Below are positions 38,628-47,990 of a stretch of 55,558 nucleotides of DNA, one piece after another. Within the stretch, counting starts at the first letter, position 1, and the number at the start of each line of letters is the position of its first letter. The translations under genes and the position numbers were made by a program. Location: the sequence record SRR20825006_1547; one strand, written 5' to 3'. The notes beneath the pieces were generated by a model. It searched no databases and was not told the DNA's origin. It saw only the letters and a program-made list of their open reading frames with translations.

Positions 38628-39941
38628 ATGGATCAAAAAGAAACCAACCTTGAGCAGCTCTACGATTACCTCAATGATGAAGAAGATGCTAGGAGTTGCA
38701 AGGCGATCGATGAAGAATCTTGTAGAGAAACGCCAAAAAATTATTTCCTTATTCTTATAAGTAATATGCTCACCTCTCTGGGGGACACCTTGAGCAATCC
38801 TAAAACGGTACTCACGTGGATTATGAGTTATGTGAATGCTCCCGTGATGCTCATCAGTTTTATTGTTCCCATTCGAGAATCAGGGTCGATGTTGCCCCAA
38901 TTGTTTATTGCACATTATATTAGAAAGCGTGCAATACGCAAATACGTTTGGGTCTTAGGTTCGTTTCTACAATTTCTAGCTATTGCCGGTATCGGGTTGA
39001 TCGCCTTATCATTTGAAGGAATTATTGCCGGTTGGTTGATAATCGGATGCCTAATTGCGTTTAGTCTTGCTCGTGGCTTGTGCTCCATTGCTTTTAAGGA
39101 TGTTTTGGGAAAAACAATTCCGAAGAAAAAACGCGGAAAATTAAAAGGTTACACCTCATCGGTAAGCGGAATTCTAGTCCTAGCAGCCGGCTTATTCATT
39201 CTTTACCGATCTAAAGATGATGTTGGTATTGAATTTTACAGCTACCTCATTTTCTTTGCTTCAGCATTATGGCTGATTGCTGCGTTGATCTATGCGAACA
39301 TTAAAGAATTTCCCGGTGCTACCGAAGGAGGTAAAAATGGTCTAAAAGAAGCTTGGAATCGTCTGAGTTTACTCAAAGAAGACAAACCTTTTAGAAATTT
39401 TATCATTACCCGTTCCTTACTGCTTTGCTCCGCCTTAACTGCACCTTACTACATTTTGCTTGCCCAGCGCTATGTAGGTAAAGAAGCCTATTTATTGGGT
39501 TTGTTCATTATTGCAAATGGCGTCGCTTCCATCATTAGTGCGCCGGTTTGGGGTAAAATGGCAGATAAATCCAGTAAAAAAGTAATGACTTATGCAGCGA
39601 TGCTTACTGCTGGTTTAGGGCTCATTGTAGTTGGGTTAATTCAATATGTCCCAGGTTTACGCGATCAAGTTTGGTTGTATCCTGTGGCGCTTTTCGTATT
39701 GGGAATTGCCCATCAAGGAGTGCGCCTGGGACGTAAGACCTACATTGTAGATATGGCAGAAGGCAACCGCCGTACCGATTATGTTGCAGTAAGCAACACG
39801 CTCATCGGCATCATACTACTAATAACTGGAGGTTTGAGTGCTCTTGCTTCGCTGATCTCTGTTGAAGGCGTAATTGTTTTACTTTCTGTTTTAGGCATTA
39901 TTGGTGCTTTTAAGGGTTCTACCCTACCCGATGTAGAATAA
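38628..39941 (+). CDS. MFS transporter
   Basis: About 12 TM segments; DVLGKTIPK..RG, WGKMADKS. Confidence 0.85.
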   Translation: MDQKETNLEQLYDYLNDEEDARSCKAIDEESCRETPKNYFLILISNMLTSLGDTLSNPKTVLTWIMSYVNAPVMLISFIVPIRESGSMLPQLFIAHYIRKRAIRKYVWVLGSFLQFLAIAGIGLIALSFEGIIAGWLIIGCLIAFSLARGLCSIAFKDVLGKTIPKKKRGKLKGYTSSVSGILVLAAGLFILYRSKDDVGIEFYSYLIFFASALWLIAALIYANIKEFPGATEGGKNGLKEAWNRLSLLKEDKPFRNFIITRSLLLCSALTAPYYILLAQRYVGKEAYLLGLFIIANGVASIISAPVWGKMADKSSKKVMTYAAMLTAGLGLIVVGLIQYVPGLRDQVWLYPVALFVLGIAHQGVRLGRKTYIVDMAEGNRRTDYVAVSNTLIGIILLITGGLSALASLISVEGVIVLLSVLGIIGAFKGSTLPDVE

Positions 39942-39971
39942 ACGTTTTGAAACATTCATTTTTTAAGTAGC

Positions 39972-40001
39972 AAAAAAAAACGCCACGTTTTAAGTGGCGT
40001 T
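39972..40001 (-). terminator. intrinsic terminator (likely bidirectional)
   Basis: AACGCCAC/GTGGCGTT stem preceded by A9, which is the U-tract on the minus strand. Confidence 0.75.
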
Positions 40002-40061
40002 CTTTCCATTGCTGGATATTGTTATATCGGCTGCATCCTGGATGCCCTTAGATATTAAAGA

Positions 40062-40160
40062 TTACTTCTTTTTAGAAGCAGTCTTCACCGGCTTAACAGC
40101 AGCAGGTTTTGTAGCCTGTTTAGCTGGAGCAGCCTTTTTAGATGACTTGTTTTGTGCCAT
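40062..40160 (-). CDS. 32-aa Lys/Ala/Pro-rich histone-H1-like small protein (absent from ORF track)
   Basis: MAQNKSSKKAAPAKQATKPAAVKPVKTASKKK*; alternative in-frame ATG at 40172; TACATTAG -7-like element at 40182-40189; downstream terminator. Confidence 0.65.
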   Translation of the reverse strand: MAQNKSSKKAAPAKQATKPAAVKPVKTASKKK

Positions 40161-40290
40161 TGTTTGACTCATTTTATAGTACTAATGTATGCCGAAATTT
40201 GATATGTTTTACAAAGTGTTCGGTGGATTTTAGTTAAATTTATAGTTAATATTTCAGTGCTTTTTTGAAGCACTTTTTAACCAATAATGT

Positions 40291-40890
40291 ATGAGCAATC
40301 CCAGTAAAATAGAGGCTTATTTTGAAACAGAACATCCTTTTAAAGATGCTATTTTAACATTAAGAACCATAGTAAAGCAAACAGAACTTGTTGAAACCTT
40401 TAAATGGAGTGCTCCCGTGTACACAATAGACGGCAAAAACGTCGCAGGGATCGGAAAATTTAAACATCATTTTGGGGTTTGGTTTTTCAACGGCTCGCTT
40501 ATTAAAGATAAATATGGGCGGCTGCACAATGCACAGGAAGGTAAAACCAAAGCCTTGCGCCAGCTGCGCTACACCGATGCTTCAGAAATTAAAGAAGACG
40601 AACTTTTATACTACCTCAACGAGGCGATTAGCAATCAGAAAAAAGGATTAGAAGTAAAAGCCGCGAAGCCAGTAAAAAAAGTGGTTTTACCTACAGAACT
40701 CACTCAAGCGTTCTCAGAAAATCAAAATTTAGAAAAGGCTTTTAAAGCACTTACTCCGGGAAGACAAAAAGAATACGCCGAGCATATTGCTTCTGCCAAA
40801 CAAGAAAAAACCAGACGATCCAGACTAGAAAAAGCCACACCACTTATTCTTGACGGCAAAGGCTTACACGATAAATATAAAAATTGCTAA
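40291..40890 (+). CDS. YdeI/OmpD-associated family protein (DUF1801 + OmdA domains)
   Basis: KWSAPVY, WFFNG, LTPGRQKEY...AKQEKTR.SRLEK. Confidence 0.85.
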   Translation: MSNPSKIEAYFETEHPFKDAILTLRTIVKQTELVETFKWSAPVYTIDGKNVAGIGKFKHHFGVWFFNGSLIKDKYGRLHNAQEGKTKALRQLRYTDASEIKEDELLYYLNEAISNQKKGLEVKAAKPVKKVVLPTELTQAFSENQNLEKAFKALTPGRQKEYAEHIASAKQEKTRRSRLEKATPLILDGKGLHDKYKNC

Positions 40891-40891
40891 G

Positions 40892-41311
40892 ATGTCGGCT
40901 AATAAAACACAACCTACAGATGCTTCGGTATTGGATTATATCAATGCAGTGCAACACGAGCAACGCAAGAAAGATGCATTAGCGCTCTATGCTATTTTCA
41001 ACGAACTTCTTCCTGAACCGGCAGTGCTATGGGGCGATAGCTTGATCGGCTATGGAACGTATCATTATAAATACGATAGCGGCCGCGAAGGTGATTTTTT
41101 TCTTACGGGATTTTCACCGCGTAAACAGAATCTTTCAATTTATATTATGCCGGGTTTTAAGCGCTATACAGAATTGCTTGAACAACTGGGCAAGCACAAA
41201 ACCGGGGCTTCGTGCCTTTACATCAACAAACTCGCAGACATTGATCTTGAGGTTCTAAAAAAACTGATTACCGAATCTGCAGCTTATATGCGTGAGAAAT
41301 ATAAAGCTTAA
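40892..41311 (+). CDS. DUF1801 domain protein
   Basis: NKTQPT, WG.S.IGYG.Y.Y.Y.SGREG, GFSPRK, SCLYI; ATG at 40892. Confidence 0.85.
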   Translation: MSANKTQPTDASVLDYINAVQHEQRKKDALALYAIFNELLPEPAVLWGDSLIGYGTYHYKYDSGREGDFFLTGFSPRKQNLSIYIMPGFKRYTELLEQLGKHKTGASCLYINKLADIDLEVLKKLITESAAYMREKYKA

Positions 41312-41383
41312 AACTTATCTTTTTACGATGCCAATAAAGCTACTATTTGCACGTTGACTTAATTACAACTACATTATTTGACT

Positions 41384-42211
41384 ATGCGATTATCTCTTTC
41401 TATTCTTGTTGCCAGTATCATTTTAGTGAGTTGTGGGTCGGTGAAGAAAGAAAACATTGAGTACTTAGATACAACGTATAAAACTTCCGCAGAAGCTCCT
41501 GAGCTTAATATTTTTCAGCCTAAAGACTCACTGGTAGCTCACGATGTGCTGATTTTTGTTCACGGTGGAAACTGGAACAGCGGAAACAAAAATACCTACT
41601 CGGTACTCGGGCGCAACTTTGCAGGCAAAGATTACCTCACCGTCATTCCCGGATATACGCTGAGTCCGTATGCCAATTACGATCAGATGACTCAAGAGAT
41701 CGCCAAAGCCATTAAGTGGACGCACGATAACGCCGAAGCATACGGCGGCGACCCTAACCGAATCTTTTTAATGGGGCATTCCGCAGGCGGTCATCTGGCT
41801 GCTTTAGCGGCTATGAATCCAAAATATTTAGAAAATACAGATTATATAAAAGGAATTATTCTCGACGATGCAGCCGGACTAGATATGTATTCCTATTTGC
41901 AAGAAAATCCGCCTGGTGAAGAAGAGTATTACAATGTGACCTGGACGACCAACCCTGACGAATGGAAAAACGCTTCGCCGTATTATTTTTTAGATGAAAG
42001 TACGCCACCTATTTTAACCTTGTTGGGAACTAAAACCATTCCTTCACTATACTATTATAATGATTTGTTTCATAAAAAGCTTCTCGAGTTTCAGCCCGAA
42101 GCGCAATTGCTGATTATGAATAAAAATCATACGGCGATGGTGACACAATTTTTCAATCCGTTGAGTAAATATTTTAAAGAGATTCAAAATTTCACTTCAA
42201 GTATCGAGTAA
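41384..42211 (+). CDS. alpha/beta hydrolase (HSL/BD-FAE-like esterase), lipoprotein
   Basis: Lipobox LVSC, HGG oxyanion motif, GHSAG nucleophile. Confidence 0.85.
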   Translation: MRLSLSILVASIILVSCGSVKKENIEYLDTTYKTSAEAPELNIFQPKDSLVAHDVLIFVHGGNWNSGNKNTYSVLGRNFAGKDYLTVIPGYTLSPYANYDQMTQEIAKAIKWTHDNAEAYGGDPNRIFLMGHSAGGHLAALAAMNPKYLENTDYIKGIILDDAAGLDMYSYLQENPPGEEEYYNVTWTTNPDEWKNASPYYFLDESTPPILTLLGTKTIPSLYYYNDLFHKKLLEFQPEAQLLIMNKNHTAMVTQFFNPLSKYFKEIQNFTSSIE

Positions 42212-42240
42212 ACTACCTCAGGCAAGCCTTTGGCAGCGCC

Positions 42241-42277
42241 AATAAAAAAGGGACAGTAAAACTGTCCCTTTTTTATT
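42241..42277. terminator. bidirectional intrinsic terminator
   Basis: AATAAAAAAGGGACAG-TAAAA-CTGTCCCTTTTTTATT. Confidence 0.9.
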
Positions 42278-43571
42278 AATCTTCTTCTGCGATGATTTTA
42301 TTCTGTTTAAACGGTCGCACGATGAGTCGGGCTGCTTTGTCGTAGTTGAGATAACTGTAAGTCCAGTTGAAAAAGGTCACTACCCTATTTCTAAAGCCCA
42401 CGAGAAACCATAAGTGTATAAACATCCAAATAAACCACGCGAGAAATCCACCAAAGTGAATTTTACCCATATCGACCACGGCTTTGTTTCTACCTATGGT
42501 CGCCATTGAGCCTTTATCAAAATATTTAAAGGGCTCTAACTCCTCTTTACGCAGCATCTTTTTAAAATTCTTCGCCAGGTTTTTACCCTGCTGAATAGCG
42601 GGCTGCGCCAATTGCGGATGACCTTTTGGGAAATCTTCGGTTTCCATTAAAGCAATATCTCCAATGGCATATATATTTTGAAAACCAACGACACGGTTGT
42701 ATCGGTCTACCTTATAGCGGTTCAGTTTTGGTAATAAAGCGGTTTCTTCAAAACCTTCGATAGAAGCACCAGTCACACCAGCAGACCAAATAAATGTTGC
42801 GGTATCTAGTACCAAATCTCCTTTTGTAGTCACACGGTTATTCTCATAATTGCCTACAAAAGTTTCTAAGTGAATGGTCACCCCCATTTCCTCTAAAAAC
42901 TTCTGCGCTTTTTCTGAAGATTGCTTGCTAAAAGGCGGTAACACGCGATCTGCACCTTCAATCAGGTGAATTTCAATTTCGCTAGTATCCATATCAGGAT
43001 AGTCTGCTTGGAGGACATTCGAGCGAAGTTCTGCAAAGGCACCACTCAGCTCAACACCAGTTGGGCCGGCTCCAGCGATTACAAAACGTAAAAGTTCTTT
43101 TCGTTTCACCGGATCTTCGGTTCTGTTGGCCTTCTCTAAATTCTCAAACATCAGACTTCGAATGTTTAAAGCCTGCGGAAGGCTTTTCATCCAGATCGCA
43201 TTTTCTTCAATAGTTTTATTTCCGAAGAAATTAGTGCGCGTACCTGTAGCAATCACCAGATGATCATAGTGCAAGTCGCCAATATCAGTACGCACTTTTT
43301 GCAGTTGAGTATCTATACGATGCACTTCAGCCAACCTGAAATGCATATTTTTTTGTTTCCTGATGATTTTCCTGAGTGGGTATGCTATAGATTCTGGCTC
43401 GAGCCCGGAAGTAGATACTTGGTACAATAAAGGCTGAAAGGTGTGAAAATTTCGCTTGTCGAGTAAAACTACTTGATAATCTGTTTTTTTAAGTTTTTTG
43501 ATCAGGTTCATACCTCCAAACCCCCCACCAATAATAACGATGCGTGGTTGGTTAGTTTCAGGAATATTCAT
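42276..43571 (-). CDS. ndh: type II NADH dehydrogenase
   Basis: GGGFGG, FQPLLYQV, GAGPTGVE, YAIGD, AQPAIQQG, KGSMATIGR. Confidence 0.9.
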   Translation of the reverse strand: MNIPETNQPRIVIIGGGFGGMNLIKKLKKTDYQVVLLDKRNFHTFQPLLYQVSTSGLEPESIAYPLRKIIRKQKNMHFRLAEVHRIDTQLQKVRTDIGDLHYDHLVIATGTRTNFFGNKTIEENAIWMKSLPQALNIRSLMFENLEKANRTEDPVKRKELLRFVIAGAGPTGVELSGAFAELRSNVLQADYPDMDTSEIEIHLIEGADRVLPPFSKQSSEKAQKFLEEMGVTIHLETFVGNYENNRVTTKGDLVLDTATFIWSAGVTGASIEGFEETALLPKLNRYKVDRYNRVVGFQNIYAIGDIALMETEDFPKGHPQLAQPAIQQGKNLAKNFKKMLRKEELEPFKYFDKGSMATIGRNKAVVDMGKIHFGGFLAWFIWMFIHLWFLVGFRNRVVTFFNWTYSYLNYDKAARLIVRPFKQNKIIAEED

Positions 43572-43643
43572 GGTAGTCAATTTGTATCAAAGTTAACGTA
43601 CAGGGGCTAGAACCATTAATCTTTATCATTATTTTAGCAATAG

Positions 43644-43675
43644 CTGTAACATATTACCCCGCTTCTGTACAAATA
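43644..43675 (+). promoter_or_regulatory. ECF autoregulatory promoter candidate CTGTAACAT-N14-GTACAAATA
   Basis: AAC-containing -35 element, 20 nt upstream of the ECF sigma start; matches 17510-17541. Confidence 0.6.
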
Positions 43676-43695
43676 CTTCAACTAACAATTTAATA

Positions 43696-44190
43696 TTGGA
43701 TCCGCAACTTGAAAAACAATTTGTAACACAGCTTGAAGCCAATCAAAATATTGTGCATAAGATCTGCAGGCTTTATACCCACGATCAGGAATCGCATAAT
43801 GATTTGTTTCAAGAAATAACTATTCAATTATTTAAAGCCTATCCTAAATTTAGAGGAGACTCTAAGTTTACCACCTGGATGTATCGTGTAGCGCTCAATA
43901 CAGCAATTACGTTATATCGCAAGTCTAAGCGACGAATTAAAACGCAAGACTACGATAACGTGATGTTTAAAATAGCCAGTACCGATTATGACGACACTAT
44001 TGAAGAACAATTAAAATTAATGTACTCGGCGATCAGGCAACTCAACGATATTGATAAAGCGCTGGTATTTCTTTATCTGGAAGATAAACCCTATAGCGAG
44101 ATCTCTGAAACTTTAGGTATTTCTGAAGTGAACGCCAGAGTAAAAATGAACCGGGTAAAAGGAAAGTTGAAAGACTTATTAAATGTGTAG
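43696..44190 (+). CDS. ECF-type RNA polymerase sigma factor
   Basis: DLFQEI, FTTWMYRVALNT (region 2), YSEISETLGIS (region 4). Confidence 0.95.
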   Translation: MDPQLEKQFVTQLEANQNIVHKICRLYTHDQESHNDLFQEITIQLFKAYPKFRGDSKFTTWMYRVALNTAITLYRKSKRRIKTQDYDNVMFKIASTDYDDTIEEQLKLMYSAIRQLNDIDKALVFLYLEDKPYSEISETLGISEVNARVKMNRVKGKLKDLLNV

Positions 44191-44194
44191 AACG

Positions 44195-44836
44195 ATGGAT
44201 GAATTAGATTTCTTAAAAAAAGACTGGAAGCGCCAAGAGGCAGATCTTCCTAAAGTAAGTGTAGACACCATATATAAAATGATTCATAAACGCTCTTCGT
44301 CTTTGATGAAGTGGATTTTATATGTATCTATTTTTGAGTTTGTATTATGGACTATTCTTAACATAACTACGGTAAACGCCGAAACACTTGAGACACTTAG
44401 ACAAATACATTTGTATGAATTTGAAATTGTAGGTATTGTATTGCAGTATGCCGTTCTAGGCATCTTTATCTATCTATTTTACAAGAATTATAGAGAAGTA
44501 CAAACTACAGATAATACAAAGCATTTAATGAGTCGTATTCTCAAAGTGAGACGTACGGTTAACTTTTATGTCGCTTATAACCTGATAATCTTTTTTATTA
44601 TAGGGATGGTGGTTTTCATTGCGATGCTCAATTTTGACCCGAAGTTCAACGATGTAATGATACAAGCCGAAGACGGTACGCAATCTATGCCGTTAGGATT
44701 TATAGCCGTATTTATTGTGATGCTGCTCGTTCTAGTCGCATTGCTGTGGGCTTTCTACAAGCTGCTTTACGGTATTTTATTACGCCGATTAAAACGTAAT
44801 TACAAAGAGCTTAGCAAGCTAGAAATGCGTGACTAG
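44195..44836 (+). CDS. 4-TM membrane protein, putative anti-sigma
   Basis: MDELD.LKK.W N-terminus and 4 TM helices; directly follows the ECF sigma. Confidence 0.65.
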   Translation: MDELDFLKKDWKRQEADLPKVSVDTIYKMIHKRSSSLMKWILYVSIFEFVLWTILNITTVNAETLETLRQIHLYEFEIVGIVLQYAVLGIFIYLFYKNYREVQTTDNTKHLMSRILKVRRTVNFYVAYNLIIFFIIGMVVFIAMLNFDPKFNDVMIQAEDGTQSMPLGFIAVFIVMLLVLVALLWAFYKLLYGILLRRLKRNYKELSKLEMRD

Positions 44837-44866
44837 ATTGCTTCTCTTCTTTATTCTTAGAATATC

Positions 44867-44897
44867 AAAGCCTGTCTTGATTGAGACAGGCTTTTTT
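44867..44897 (+). terminator. intrinsic terminator
   Basis: AAAGCCTGTCT/AGACAGGCTTT followed by a T tract. Confidence 0.85.
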
Positions 44898-45052
44898 ATG
44901 CTGAACCATTACCACTTTTTTAAAACATCTCAGGGCAGGCTTTTGGAGAACATCGTGATTAGCGAAAACTTTTAAAGATTTAAGAAAATCATAATCTTTT
45001 TTATGGAGCTATTAACAAGTGGTACACTTATTTTTGTGACAAACAACCTATT

Positions 45053-47959
45053 ATGCCCAAAGTCTTACTCGTTCTTTTTATTGCTGTTTTGCTGAATGCA
45101 TTTACTGTAAAAGCACAAGAATACACTTCTGCATCTATAAAGCAAACCATTCAAGATTTTAAGAAGGACCCTCGCGGTCCTTATTTACGAATACGTTGGT
45201 TTTGTGAAGATGGCACTATGCGCGAACCTAAAGATCCGTGTCCGGAAGGCGTAGACGGTATTCAGCACGCAAGCTATAAACCGCTAACCGAAAATCTGGC
45301 GGAGCGTAATCATTTATTTTTTGGTGAAATTTTAGCCGCAGCTGATAAAAACAAATTTTGGGATGCAGCACAAGAACAAAGCCGACTGAAACAATACCAA
45401 CTCAACAAATATTTGCAAAGTGTAGATAATGGGTGGATTCTGGAAAAAGCACAATTTTACCGCGGAGCGATTCAATCTGAAGATGAAGAAGCTTGGGGAA
45501 TTGAATTCTACGAATGGTTACTTAAAGATGACGCCCGACTAGAAAAGAATTACTACGTTATTCGTCAATCTTTAAAAGATATCCCGCATTCTGGCGATGA
45601 TAATATTGCCCAGCGTATGCGCAGCGAATCAAAAGTTATCGCTGAAGAATTCCCGAAATTTATGGACGTTCGGGTGAAAATTCACGGGCAGCCTGAAGTT
45701 AGTGATCTTGCTCTTGTGCAAAATTTCCGTCAGGAATATAGCGACGAACTCACTCCAGAACTTAAGGAGCAATTTGATGCTTTAGTGGCTACGCTAAATG
45801 AATATTATGCACCTATCAATTTAGAGCGCCTAAAAAATCAAGTTGCGAGCATTAAAGGGGACTTTGATGTAAAACAGCAACTGCTCAAATTTACCACAGA
45901 CTTTGATAACAACACTCCGGCTTACGACGTCATTCCTGAGATTAGTGATCTTTTGTGCAACATTAGAACGCAGGTAACGCAAGTGAAAAAGGCCTCAGAG
46001 CGTCTAACGCTTTTAGATGTTTCTTTAAAGTTAGAAGAAATGCTTCTGAAAAAAGCCGCAGACTGGGAGCCAGAAGATCTACGCGACCTCTTAGATAAAA
46101 ACTATTACCTAAGCTACGCAACCGCCGGCACCGGACTTCTCGAAGTTTGGGAATGGGAAGAAGTGGCTTCAGTTATTGCTCCTATAAATTATACCACAGT
46201 TTCTTTAGCCGAATTGAATTCCATTTTAAACACTTCGCGCAGCATCGTGCAGTGGAGTGCGGCTATGGCAAAAGCTAATTACGACGCTGTAGTTGAAAAA
46301 TACGCAGAATTTGAACCTCTAGCTACGGGCTTTATTGACGATCGCGTGCGGTCATCTGTAGCGCTTCCTTTAGGAAAAACGGTTAGTGAATTGGGTGATT
46401 TTATTTCAAATAAATCAAACTTGGAGAACGATGTGATGCAAATTGATGAGCAAAGCGCTATTCACGGCTTGAATCCGGGGTATGCACTGGGCGAATTGGT
46501 TGTCGTATCTGGAAATCCGGATGCGGTTGAAGTTTCTAATAAAAAGATCTACATCTTTAAACGTCCACCTTCAGACCTAAAACCGGTTGCCGGAATTGCT
46601 ACTGTAGATGAAGGAAATTTAGTTTCTCACGTACAGCTTCTCGCGCGTAATTTAGGTATTCCTAACGCCGCTTTAAGTGATAAGAATCTTGAAGATCTTC
46701 AAGAGTTTAATGGCGAAGAAGTGTTCTACGCAGTTTCAAATAAAGGTACAGTGATCCTAAAACCTGCAGATGAAATGACTTCAGAAGAAAAAGCGCTTTT
46801 TTCATCTGAAGAACGTAAGCAGACAAAAATTGCCGTCCCAATCGAAAAAATTCAGTTAAATCAAAAAAGCATTCTCAATATGAGGGATATCGATGCTTCC
46901 GCAAGCGGTATTCTGTCGGGTCCAAAAGCTGCAAATTTAGGTCAGTTAAAGAAAATGTTCCCAGATCACGTAGTTGAAGGACTAGTGATCCCATTTGGGA
47001 TTTTTAGAGATCATATGAATCTCCCAATGCCCGGTCAAGGTAAAAGTTACTGGGAATTTCTTACAGAAATGTTTGAAACCGCCGAAGCTAAACGCCAGGC
47101 AGGAACTCCTGATGCTCAGGTGGTAGATTATCAACTCGCCAAACTTGCTACCTTGAGAGACGCGATCAATGCGATGCAATTAAAACCTGCCTTTGTGAGC
47201 GAATTGCGTAATTCATTTGCTTCTATTTTTGGTAAACCTATAGGACAGGCCCCGGTGTTTTTACGTAGTGACACCAATATGGAAGACTTAAAAGAGTTCA
47301 CAGGTGCCGGATTAAACCTGACGCTTTTTAATGTGGTAGAAGAACAAAAGATCTTAGACGGAATTAAAAAAGTATGGGCGTCGCCTTATACCGAGCGTAG
47401 TTTTAAATGGCGCCAGGTGTATCTTTCTAATCCCGAAAATGTGTTTCCTTCAATACTTGTGATCCCAAGTGTTGATGTTGATTATAGCGGCGTTATGATC
47501 ACCAAAGGAATCAACGAAGGAACAGACGAGGATCTTACGGTTGCATTTAGCCGAGGTGCCGGTGGAGCCGTTGACGGTCAAGCTGCCGAAACTCGCTTAG
47601 TAACCGCTAACACGACTAAATTATTAGCTCCAGCAAGACAGCCAGACTATATTAGACTTCCGGTTTCCGGGGGAACCAAAGGATATTCAACCTCTTTTGA
47701 AGCTTCGATCTTGAATGAAAAAAATATTCAAAGTTTGAGAGAAGTGGCAGAAGAAATTAGATCAAAAATTCCTGAAGAAACCAACAGTGATCCTAAGGCT
47801 GCTTATGATGTAGAATTAGGTTTTCAAGATGATAAATTATGGCTGTTTCAGATCAGACCATTTGTCGAAAATAAAAATGCGCTGAGCAATGGGTATCTTG
47901 ACTCCATTTCGCCTAAAACCAATCCTGACGAATATATTGAGATGGATAGCAAACTTTAA
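45053..47959 (+). CDS. secreted PEP/pyruvate-binding-domain dikinase (phosphohistidine swivel + C-terminal ATP-grasp)
   Basis: Signal peptide ...TVKA|QE; GNLVSHVQLLARNLGIP (His526); GPKAANL, RSD.NMED...F.GAGL, DVELGF...LFQIRP. Confidence 0.85.
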   Translation: MPKVLLVLFIAVLLNAFTVKAQEYTSASIKQTIQDFKKDPRGPYLRIRWFCEDGTMREPKDPCPEGVDGIQHASYKPLTENLAERNHLFFGEILAAADKNKFWDAAQEQSRLKQYQLNKYLQSVDNGWILEKAQFYRGAIQSEDEEAWGIEFYEWLLKDDARLEKNYYVIRQSLKDIPHSGDDNIAQRMRSESKVIAEEFPKFMDVRVKIHGQPEVSDLALVQNFRQEYSDELTPELKEQFDALVATLNEYYAPINLERLKNQVASIKGDFDVKQQLLKFTTDFDNNTPAYDVIPEISDLLCNIRTQVTQVKKASERLTLLDVSLKLEEMLLKKAADWEPEDLRDLLDKNYYLSYATAGTGLLEVWEWEEVASVIAPINYTTVSLAELNSILNTSRSIVQWSAAMAKANYDAVVEKYAEFEPLATGFIDDRVRSSVALPLGKTVSELGDFISNKSNLENDVMQIDEQSAIHGLNPGYALGELVVVSGNPDAVEVSNKKIYIFKRPPSDLKPVAGIATVDEGNLVSHVQLLARNLGIPNAALSDKNLEDLQEFNGEEVFYAVSNKGTVILKPADEMTSEEKALFSSEERKQTKIAVPIEKIQLNQKSILNMRDIDASASGILSGPKAANLGQLKKMFPDHVVEGLVIPFGIFRDHMNLPMPGQGKSYWEFLTEMFETAEAKRQAGTPDAQVVDYQLAKLATLRDAINAMQLKPAFVSELRNSFASIFGKPIGQAPVFLRSDTNMEDLKEFTGAGLNLTLFNVVEEQKILDGIKKVWASPYTERSFKWRQVYLSNPENVFPSILVIPSVDVDYSGVMITKGINEGTDEDLTVAFSRGAGGAVDGQAAETRLVTANTTKLLAPARQPDYIRLPVSGGTKGYSTSFEASILNEKNIQSLREVAEEIRSKIPEETNSDPKAAYDVELGFQDDKLWLFQIRPFVENKNALSNGYLDSISPKTNPDEYIEMDSKL

Positions 47960-47990
47960 ACTTCCGCAGTAATTTCTATAAAAACAACCT

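Noticed and set aside
43696-44836. ECF sigma pair as part of the dikinase operon
   Set aside because: A strong terminator lies at 44867-44897, and the TGTAACAT motif is not seen upstream of 45053
45020-45034. Sigma-54 site upstream of the dikinase (TGGTAC-ACTTA-TTTT)
   Set aside because: Lacks the -12 GC; the overlapping TATTTTTG (45029-45036) fits a sigma-A -7 element better
45053-47959. Annotation as PEP synthase (ppsA) or rifampin phosphotransferase
   Set aside because: No C-terminal TIM barrel, reversed domain order, and a signal peptide is present
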